64,000 nucleotides of DNA from positions 5,580,001 through 5,644,000 of the forward strand of contig CM035359.1 in NCBI GenBank assembly GCA_020137815.1. Reading direction: 5' to 3'. Position numbers and translations under genes: made by a program. Position 1 is the first letter of the stretch, and each line of letters opens with the position of its first letter. The DNA comes from Hormiphora californensis. Lineage: Eukaryota > Animalia > Ctenophora. The notes beneath the pieces are model-generated. The model searched no databases. It had not been told where the DNA came from and was given only the letters and a program-made list of their open reading frames with translations. This document shows positions 1 through 9,152 of this stretch, in pieces.

Positions 1-62
<62 letters not shown>
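1..62. repeat. (AG)n microsatellite
   Basis: Pure AG dinucleotide run at the window start. Confidence 0.98.
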
Positions 63-65
<3 letters not shown>

Positions 66-728
66 ACAATTTCTAACTGGCATGAAACAAATCAAAACGA
101 GCTGATATCGCTTTAATCACTGTTATCGTTATAATTTCATGGTACATATTATTAAGGCATGGACAACAACTGTTTCAGTAAACGTGGGACTTGTCACCCA
201 AATGTGTATTTACAGAACTCGACTTATACAGTTCACTGTCATCCCTCAATAAATAGTTTTACGTTGTAGTTGATGAAAGTTTGAAAGTTATATTGTATAT
301 TTCACAACTTTCAAATATATTTATATTGACTATATAACTTGATTCCGGCTGCGTTGAAAAGACCGGAGCGACATGACTCATTTAAAATCCGAGATTTCGA
401 ATTTGCTACAATAACCAAGCGTTGAAGCATTCTATAGTACGTGTTATAAAACATATATTTTTGGGAGAGCACTCGCGTAAACAATATTTTGAGAGTTATG
501 CAATAAATAAAATAAATTATTTAGCCAGCTCAATAACATTATATAAAGCGTTTGCTTTGTTTTTAAATATCATAAAGTATCGCATTGTAAAATATCTTTT
601 AAAATACCTTTTAAAATACCTTTTAAAACACTTTTTAAAATGCAGTACCAATCCCCTTTTTCTTTGTTATATAAATAAATTTATTCTTCGCTACATTTCA
701 ACAAACATTGTGGAGTTAAATAAACCCC

Positions 729-2915
729 ATGCTTTGCTGCTTCCTTGCTTTATTTGTGGTCCAGGTCACTGCTCCCGTGGTAGATTTTCAGAGGATCCTC
801 GACAGGAGACTTAGTAAAGGCGGCTACAGTCCCTCCTGTAACTCCTTATTATCAAATGATATGAAGGGTTCTCTCATCCGGAGGAACACATCTGGGAACC
901 CTGGTGTTTTCAAATGCCCCTTTACACCAAACAATATAACAACGTGTGGCACTGAAATGAGTGTCAGGGGAGGAGAGAATGCCCAGCAGGTATGCTTGGT
1001 TGATAACTGGGAGTGTGTTCTGAGAGGACCAAATCACCGATGTGACGGTACCTCCCAATGTCTGAGGGATGAGTGTGGCTGTCCCAACACCTCTGTTATC
1101 TACTGCCCAAATGGTGCAGGTTGTGTGTCTTTTGACCAACTCTGCGATGAACTGTCCGATTGCCCCAACGGTGAAGATGAGATAGCGTGTAGAGGTCGTG
1201 AAGAAATACAGTGTTCACGTGTATCACGTGTATCTGGTAAATACGTTAATGTCCGGGCTTACCCTAGAAATTTGTGCAGTGGACGAATATCTGATGTGGC
1301 GGAATGCAGTAACATATGTGCCCAGTTTTTGATCCCAGAAATCAAGGTGTGTCTAGATCACTTTGATACTCTGGCTGCTAACCCGGCTAGTACTAGGAGC
1401 ACTGCCGTATTTGTTGGGAAGTGTAAAAGCTCTTGTAATGTACCGGAGGAGTTATGTGACATGATCGTGGGACGAGACAGGACCTGGCTAGTGATGGAGC
1501 CCTATGCGATGCAATGTCAAAATGTAACAACCCAGATCTCAGTCACTAAAATTTGCAATGGAAAGGCAGACTGTGGAGATTCGAGCGATGAGAAGTACTG
1601 CCCCGGAAGGTTTTACTGTTCCACGCAAGAAGATAAAGTAGAGTGGATTGAGGAAGCAAAGAAATGTGATGACTTCAAAGATTGTAGTAACGGGCTGGAT
1701 GAATGCACCGGTTGTTCGAGGGGTCCCTTTTCCTCGGATAAGAAGATTATCCGGAATTATTTCTTGCTGGCTACTTCAGTGGTTGCTATGGCAGCGATAG
1801 TCTCAGCAAACATCTACAATGGGCTGAAGCTCCAATTTGGGGAGCAGGCCGACCACATTAAAGTCGATAGATACTTGAACGTCCTCTTGATTGTCCATGA
1901 TTTTGCTATGGGGTTGTATCTTGCATGTCTGATCATCGCAAACTTTCGTTACTATGGCAATTACTGTCAGTATGACGCACAATGGAGAACCGGACCATAT
2001 TGCCAACTGTTGGGTGTAACTTTTAGTTTGTCCTGCCATGGATCACTCCTGATAATCCTCCTTATCGCCGTGACCCGGGCCTACAAATGTGTCAATCCTT
2101 TATCAGAGGGGGTTTCTCCTTTCAAAGTCTACGTAGTTTCTTTGATCATGATAAGTCTAAATCTGGTTCATGCTGTCGTTCCGTTGATTAAACTCGGAGC
2201 TCTACAGGACGTTTTCCGGAGTGATATCAGAATTCCGAATTCTAATCCGTTTGTGAAAGAATATACCGACATGTCGAGTATCAGCGAGATTCACGAAGTA
2301 TTTTTTAGCGAGAAAAGATCATCGGACTTTTATCAAAAAATCAATGATTTGAAGAATATTACAAATAGACCGGAGATCTTTGAAGTCCAGGATTATTCTC
2401 TTTATAGCTGGTCTCCGGTTTGCCTTCCAGATATGTTTACGGTTAGACCTGGTCCCATGGTCGTGTACAAGTTGGTCTACATTGTAGTTGTTTTCCTGAT
2501 TTTGCTCACTATTGGCGTGGCATACGGATGTATCCTTCGGGCACTAGTCAAGCCTATGCCCGGGAGACAAGATAGTGATTTTGCAGAAGTCAGCCAGAAA
2601 GTTGCAGTGATTGTGGGGGTGAAGTTGATAACCTGGACGTGTGTGACCAGTCTCATGGTTTATGCTATGGCAACGGATGCACGTGTAACTTCCACTTGGT
2701 ACGAGCTCATCGCCATCTCCATACTGCCCCTCAACAGCTGCCTTAACCCCGTCTTCCACTCTGACTTGTTTAAGAAGAGGTTTTCATGTGGAGCTTGGAT
2801 AGTTGGACTACTGCGTGCCCACCTTGGCAGTCCTGCAGAGATAGTACTGGAGAGGGGGAAAACGCAAGAAGGATTGCCGCCAGTCGTTATGTCGAGTCTG
2901 GAGGACACCAATTAG
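729..2915 (+). CDS. Intronless LDL-receptor class A repeat-containing rhodopsin-family GPCR (RXFP/GRL101-like 7TM, no LRR block)
   Basis: 728-aa ORF. Hydrophobic signal peptide; LDLa motifs (LCDELSDCPNGEDE, ICNGKADCGDSSDE, KCDDFKDCSNGLDE); 7TM region with LGR-like motifs (HDFAMGLYL, WRTGPYCQLLG, ILPLNSCLNPVF). Confidence 0.88.
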   Translation: MLCCFLALFVVQVTAPVVDFQRILDRRLSKGGYSPSCNSLLSNDMKGSLIRRNTSGNPGVFKCPFTPNNITTCGTEMSVRGGENAQQVCLVDNWECVLRGPNHRCDGTSQCLRDECGCPNTSVIYCPNGAGCVSFDQLCDELSDCPNGEDEIACRGREEIQCSRVSRVSGKYVNVRAYPRNLCSGRISDVAECSNICAQFLIPEIKVCLDHFDTLAANPASTRSTAVFVGKCKSSCNVPEELCDMIVGRDRTWLVMEPYAMQCQNVTTQISVTKICNGKADCGDSSDEKYCPGRFYCSTQEDKVEWIEEAKKCDDFKDCSNGLDECTGCSRGPFSSDKKIIRNYFLLATSVVAMAAIVSANIYNGLKLQFGEQADHIKVDRYLNVLLIVHDFAMGLYLACLIIANFRYYGNYCQYDAQWRTGPYCQLLGVTFSLSCHGSLLIILLIAVTRAYKCVNPLSEGVSPFKVYVVSLIMISLNLVHAVVPLIKLGALQDVFRSDIRIPNSNPFVKEYTDMSSISEIHEVFFSEKRSSDFYQKINDLKNITNRPEIFEVQDYSLYSWSPVCLPDMFTVRPGPMVVYKLVYIVVVFLILLTIGVAYGCILRALVKPMPGRQDSDFAEVSQKVAVIVGVKLITWTCVTSLMVYAMATDARVTSTWYELIAISILPLNSCLNPVFHSDLFKKRFSCGAWIVGLLRAHLGSPAEIVLERGKTQEGLPPVVMSSLEDTN

Positions 2916-3145
2916 GGACGAGTGACAATGGTATGTAGGTATACCACGAAAGAAACAATAGTTGACGTACTGATATGAATAAGTTCTTGTTTTGATTTTT
3001 CGTTCACATTTTTTGGGGAGAAAGCACTCCCGTAAACAATATTTGATCCTGAGAGTAAAATTTTTCAGCTGTTGTTAATTAAATAATTGTGCTCTTGCTT
3101 AAGTCAAATGAAAAAAATTAAATATAATCATTAAAAAAATATATA

Positions 3146-3260
3146 TACAGTCGGACCCCGATTAACTGGGAGGCTCGGGGGAAAGGGGTTTGCCCTAGAA
3201 GTCGGGGTAAGATTTTTCTCCCAGTAAATCGGGGTTCCGGTAAATCGGGGTCCTACTGTA
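3146..3260. mobile_element. Short MITE with TA target duplication (cagtcggaccccgatt family)
   Basis: ta|cagtcggaccccgatt ... aatcggggtcctactg|ta terminal inverted repeats; same family at 13796 and 61350. Confidence 0.8.
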
Positions 3261-3276
3261 TCTAATTTTAACATAC

Positions 3277-4190
3277 CGTATCTATGATAATAGATTGAGT
3301 AGAGGAGGCCCAGTAAACTAACCACATGATGGGTTAGCATGGCGATTCCCTCTGAACCCATGAAACAGCACCAAGCAAAATCGAAAAGGAAGTATCCCAG
3401 AGAAAGTAGAAGAACTAGGTTGTGTGCCGGGCTGATGGGAGAGAGAGAGGTTAATGGAAGATGTTTTATGTTGTATGCTGGGCTGAGGGAATGGGAGAGA
3501 GAGAGGTTAATGGAAAATGTTGTGGGCTGGGCTGGGGGAATGAAAGGGGGAGGTTTAGGGTATCAGCCATCAGGTGTTTTGGAAAACGTCAGAAGTCTAC
3601 AATCCCTTTAAATGTAAAACGTATCAAGTAAAGTATCAGCATTCAACAACAAGTAAAGTGTCAAGTAAGATTGAACAACACATTACCTGTTTTCCTTCCC
3701 AAAGTTATTCCAGGGTGCAGGTCCGAGGTAGAAATGCAACAGTGCACTGATGATAGTTATTATAACACCGTGGAGCAATGTTATCAGTCGACAGCAATAC
3801 TCCGCACTTTTATCTGCCCATAACTGCAATTGTATCGTTTAGCGGGGTTGGGGGGCAAGAAGGAGGGATTTAGTGGATATAAGGGGGCCACACAAGGGTG
3901 AGAGATAGTGACAACAAACGTAGGGTTTTAGCCGAATAAGGGACAACTCAAACAGGAAGAGAATAGTGCAGTGACCGTATCACTCCCGGGTGCCAGAGAA
4001 TTTAGGGGCTCCCTTCCCTTGCAACGGGGCGGGGGGATTCGGGGGCCCTCGAGGGCCGGAGGAATAGATAGTTAGTTACCTGGCGTGCAAGGTGGTAGAG
4101 AGAGCTCCAGAAACATATTGACAGTCCTATTTGGTAGACGGGGATTGTACCTGAAATAATTGGGCTTGTTATAGTGATGTTAGTGATCAT
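3277..4190 (-). CDS. TLCD5: TLC-domain membrane protein, TLCD5/TMEM136-like (first three exons; remainder not found in window)
   Basis: Exons 4190-4080, 3823-3687 and 3431-3277 with GT-AG ends splice to ..SICFWSSLYHLARQLWADKSAEYCCRLITLLHGVI..GPAPWNNFGKENSPAHNLVLLLSLGYFLFDFAWCCFMGSEGIAMLTHH.., matching the TMEM136 pattern (EWSCRLVTFTHG, LGYFIFDLGWC..EGALMLAHH). Confidence 0.82.
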
Positions 4191-4450
4191 ATTCTAGCCT
4201 GTCTGGCCTTGGTTTCAGGTCCGGCTTCTTCTATCGCTCCTTAGAGCTGCAAGTAGGGAAAAGGAGGTGGACACATTTATTAATTCCTCTATTTCTCTAT
4301 CTGTCAGTTAGTCCTGGCTTTTGCGGGGAGGGCCGGCTATGACTGAATTTCGAGGATTGCTTAGCTGCCGCTGTTATATTCGTCATTATAGACAGTGCTG
4401 CACTGGCGACGTGTAAGATCACAAATTTGCCATCAGTACTTGGTAATTAA

Positions 4451-4539
<89 letters not shown>

Positions 4540-4567
4540 GAGAGAGAGAGAGAGAGCGGGAGAGAGA

Positions 4568-4640
<73 letters not shown>
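4451..4640. repeat. (AG)n microsatellite
   Basis: About 190 bp AG run; the RE-repeat ORF over it is spurious. Confidence 0.97.
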
Positions 4641-4644
<4 letters not shown>

Positions 4645-5159
4645 AGTTACTTATTCTAATGTCTCACAACATTTACACACACCTATAACTACAGTTTCTG
4701 CCGAGGCCATTATAAAACTATTTATACGTTTCGTTATCACTTTATATTATTAGCATTAGTAGGCATAGGGTTATATAGTAAGGTATAGGGAGTCGGGGGT
4801 CGTTACGTTCTAACCCTCCGTGGGACGAGACACTGAAGTTTTCTTTAAAATGGCATTATCTTGCCAGCCGGGTGTGTCGGTTACCGGGGGGGGGGGGGGG
4901 GTTGGGTCAGGGTAAGGTATAGGACCGGGGGTATGTCGGTTACTAACCTGGATTCCACCGGAGGAGTGAGATGGAAGTTTCTATGATTCTTGTCATGTTC
5001 ATTCATTATCTATCTACATTTCTAACTGAACATTAATTAGAGGTTTACATTAGGTTACATAGGGAGTCAGGGAATAAATGGGACACACAATCAGATGTTT
5101 TCAAAGGTCCAAAATAATAATAACTTACAAAAACATAAAAATTCCATTCTTCCCTCATG

Positions 5160-5807
5160 TTACTTCTCACTGTTATAAACTTCCCTATGTTTCTTCTGTG
5201 TCACAGCAAAGCCGACCATAAAGCTAAGAGCGATCAGGATAGTCCCATATAGACTTTTAGCAATTGTAGAAGCAGCGTGTTTCACCAAAACAGACCCCTG
5301 TACGTCAGGTAGGAAGTGGTAGGAATGGACAGCGGTGACCCCTAACATCCCTACTGCAGTGGAGCACCCAGTAATGGAGCTACCTCTTACAATAGCACAA
5401 CTCTCACACGGCAACTCCCCGGCAGATACAGGATCGTCAACAAACTTCTGGAAGGAAAACCCAGCAGTAGCTCCTGAGGTTACCACGGCGGCGCCAACTA
5501 GAGCTCCTGCTGAGGAGGGGCCAGGAAATCTGCCGAGAACTCTGAGGCCACTTTTGCGGGCGGCGTAAATGTAGAAAAGTCCCCCAGTGTAGGCTAGAGA
5601 ACCTGTAAAAAGAAGGGTTTAGAAGAGTTAGAGGAATTACGAAACTGATAACAAATCGGGATAACCAACAATTCTGTTGGAGCTCCCTGTAATACCTGTT
5701 ATAAGTGTCATCTGGTGGGCGGGTGAAGGATTAGCTATTATTTCCTGTGCCTGTCGGCGTAGTTTCCCCATCATTCCCTCCTCCTCCTGCTGTTCTGGTT
5801 CTGCCAT
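5160..5807 (-). CDS. TMEM126-like (DUF1370) mitochondrial membrane protein, two exons, about 184 aa
   Basis: Exon 1 5807-5696 (MAEPEQQEEEGMMGKLRRQAQEIIANPSPAHQMTLIT), GT-AG intron 5695-5603, exon 2 5602-5160 in frame. Hydrophobic segments flank GELPCESCAIVRGS, resembling the TMEM126 GDLxCxxCxxxR motif. Confidence 0.65.
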
Positions 5808-6063
5808 CGCTCTCTTTGAAGACCCAGTCTCCTCTACACATAGGACACTGCTGTTTATTACTGGTTGAACTAATCCACTTGATAATGCAATGCATGTGGA
5901 AGCAATGAGAGCACTCCCCCCAAACTATGGGACAGTTGTCCCCAGGGAGGGTGCACTCTGTACAACACCCGTCGAACAAATTCCTGCAAATGCCACAGGA
6001 GTCGTCATTTGCGACCCAGTGCCATGCAGCAACCGTCGTCCATTGTTTTATTTTTACTTTCAT
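5731..6063 (-). CDS. ANAPC11: Anaphase-promoting complex subunit 11 (RING-H2)
   Basis: MKVKIKQW..WHWVANDDSCGICR..FDGCC..C..PGDNCP.VWG.CSHCFHMHCI.KW..QQCPMCR..W.FKE is the canonical APC11 sequence; it carries an extra 26-aa tail. Confidence 0.96.
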   Translation of the reverse strand: MKVKIKQWTTVAAWHWVANDDSCGICRNLFDGCCTECTLPGDNCPIVWGECSHCFHMHCIIKWISSTSNKQQCPMCRGDWVFKESDGRTRTAGGGGNDGETTPTGTGNNS

Positions 6064-6789
6064 TACGGTGCTAAGAGTGACAACCGTTTTGAAGTGACCA
6101 ATAACAGAAAATTAGCGCATTTTTAATTGAAAATAAGTTCCACTAATATGGCAAATTCATAGATTTAAGAAAAGCCAGCAAAACACCAAAATAGATATTA
6201 TTATTAAATCTGTTTACAACAAAATAGATAGCAGAGGGAGATTCTCGCTGCGAGACAGATTGTAAAGTAACTTTACCAGTCTGACTTGAATTGAATTACA
6301 AGTACACGGGGGACTGCATCAATGATCAACGTTCACCAGCGGCAAGCGCTGGGGCCTGCCCGCTGCCGGCTGCCGCCTGGAGTGGAACTTGGAAGAGCCA
6401 CAACATGTGACAGAAAATTTTCTAGAGTCCATAAACTTGTGGTCCACATTTATACTCCATTTTTTTTCAACTGTTCACCCCCCAAAGTCGTGTGCGGAAT
6501 TGTTTTGTGCGTCTATCACATGTTAACGTGTAGCGCACGCAGCGTAAATGATAATATCGCACGCGCACGAGTTGGAGGGTGAAAATTTGAATAAAAATGG
6601 ACTTTACGTAGAAATTGGCATACGCTGCAGGCAAATTGGCTTATGCTACCAAGCAGGGAATAGAAAAAAGGCAGCAATTTTGAATTTTGTGTCATTTCAA
6701 AATTTTTTTGCGAAAGCCGGGGTACCGGTTCAATTAGTAAAATGGATATAGAAATCAATCTTAACTGTACATAAATTGGGTATAATAAA

Positions 6790-8465
6790 TTAATTCGGAT
6801 TATTGTTTTTAATCATGTATAAAATGTTAATGTCATTGCGATCACTAAAACTCTTCGGGCTCTGGCCACGATGACCCCGGAGACTAATGATAAGGGTTTT
6901 TAACAGACAGAAAGATAGTCTCTGTCTGATATACCGGATGCAATCGGGGTAGGACTGTTTGGTCTTTTTTGAGAGTAGGTGGGCAATTTGTTTGTAAAGT
7001 TTGTCAGCCTCATCGCCCATGATTCCAGAGGTAGAGAAAACAGCTGGTGTGAAGGAGCTTTTCTCCACCTGCAGTACACGCTCTCCATAAGCACGCTTCT
7101 TCTCGTCCTCGTGCTTCTTCAAAACCTTGTTGACTGGCAAAGATTTGTTGGTAGGGGCTCGAGAATTGAAGATGCGGACATCAATGAACAGTTTTGCTAA
7201 GTCAGACCAGACACCACGAGCCGAGATATCAAGACGTGCCTCATCATTGGTGATCGCGGAGGCATATTGGAGTGTCTCACCAGTTAGAGGGAGAAGATGG
7301 GGCTCCACTTTAACATCCGTACACCCAGCCTCCACCAGAAGATTGGCAGTTAGATCGCGAATCTGGTTGTGCCTGAGATGCACATAGCCTCCGCGAGCAC
7401 AAGTTAGACAGTGTTCGATGGAGTTTGGTTTACCACAAGCACAATGGTTGGGAAACTCCCGAAGGGAAAGGTCATACCTCAGGGCAAGAGCATCACGGAA
7501 CTCGGATTTGTTGAGATTGAAGCCGTGTTCCTCCAAGGGAAGGGTTGTCAACCAGGTGGAAGAGCCACGTCTACAAAGCTCATCATGGAGTCTGCGATAG
7601 TCTGGGGCTAGCTGGTCGGAAACAGCAGATAAACGAGTTTTATGGTGTTCTTTTTTCATCTGAATTACTTCCTGCTTGGCTGTTTTTAATCCCTTAGCAA
7701 CTGCAACCGCTCTCTCATCAGTAATATTTATGTTCTGTTCAGTAATAATCTGAGAGAGCGGTGCAGTTGCATGAAGGGATCGTTGGTGCTCAAGATCCGC
7801 GACTTCACATGGATTTTCAATACCAAGTCCTCCGTTTCTGCAAGGCAGGGAAAACAGTTCACGGTGTAGAGGGGTGAAGTGATTGTTGAGGATAGCTGGA
7901 AGGAGAACAGATGAAATTGTTGACTCCAAGGGCCTGAAGAGCTCAGAGATGTTCGGGGTCGTCCTCATTAGAAAGAGAAATCTCTTTGACAGCCCCATAC
8001 AGAAAGCCGCGTATGCTGCCTGGGGTTCAGTTTCAGCAATTTTGGAGATCGTTGTGACATCCGTTACCCAGCGGCAAACATCCTTGGCCACGTATTCCCG
8101 CTGGTAATCTAAGGTACCAATAGGAGCGCCCAGGTATCTGTGGCCGTCTGATTTGATGATTACAGCAGTGTCTGAAAAGATCGACTTTGCTTTTTCAAGG
8201 TGTTCTGGTTTTACGATTAATACTGACTTATCCGGTCTTGGGAAGTAGCCGTAACCGGGACCGTTGGTGACCAGAGCGTCCCACCATTCTCTCACACCAA
8301 CTAGGGAACCGGCAGAGGCTCCATCATCAGCGTAAAAAATCTGGTTTGGGGAAGTCCTTGACAGTTTGTCGATGAGAGGGCGAAGACTGATACAATAGAA
8401 AGGAGAGGCGATGTTACACCCTTGGGTGGTGCCTTCTGCAGAGAGGATAAATGTGCCGTTTTGGT
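6790..8465 (-). mobile_element. 5'-truncated non-LTR retrotransposon, CRE-like (RT C-terminal half + Zn finger + restriction-like endonuclease)
   Basis: The frame continues upstream of the listed ORF through AEGTTQG..IFYADDG (RT). It also shows CACG..HCLTC, RHNQIRD, RLDISARG..FIDVRIF and HEDEKKRAY (RLE). Homology stops at about 8465. Confidence 0.88.
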
Positions 8466-9152
8466 TGCAATCTCACTTTCGCGCGCGCGTTAAGAAAACT
8501 AGACAAATGCGCGGCGTTTTATTTGCGCGTGCAAATTTATCATAGCGCGGGAAAGCGCTCGATGCCCAATTTGTAGGTTGTTTCAATACTTTTAGATTGT
8601 TTGAATGCAAAACAAAACATTTAATTGAACTTTGGTAAAAAACTTAATGAAGTTGTAATAAAATAGACAAACGATATTTACACGTCCCATTCCCTGTTCA
8701 ACTTCAATCAATAAAATAGGCTTGTGACTTGATGTGCAAGCTGAAGCAAATTGCATTTGTAGCTTGAGAATCGACACGAAGTGACAGCTGTGGCTGGTGG
8801 CATGGTAGTTACCATCAATGCAATAAAATAATCCATAATCTATCAATTTATTGTCTTTCCATTAACCAAAAAAAAGGATAATCCAGCTAATTAAAATAAT
8901 TTACTGTGAATTCTAATTCTACTTTCTTACTGGACGAGTATTGGATTCTGTGTTCCTAAATTTATTAGTACTGGTAGAAGTAGAACTTCAACTAGATAAG
9001 AATAAGCTAAGAGGAGATAAATAACGTAAAAACAACTTTATTTGAATCAGTACTCCATTGTATTTGTCCTAATATCTCAATTCTTCATTTCCCCAGCAGT
9101 GCACCTCCTTTGTGAATATCTGATATAATTATTATAACAATAATTAGTTCTC

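Noticed and set aside
422-814. 130-aa ORF upstream of the GPCR
   Set aside because: AT-rich, TTG start, no recognisable motifs.
6320-6410. GC-rich 26-codon uORF upstream of ANAPC11
   Set aside because: Too short and featureless to call; may simply be a 5' UTR exon.
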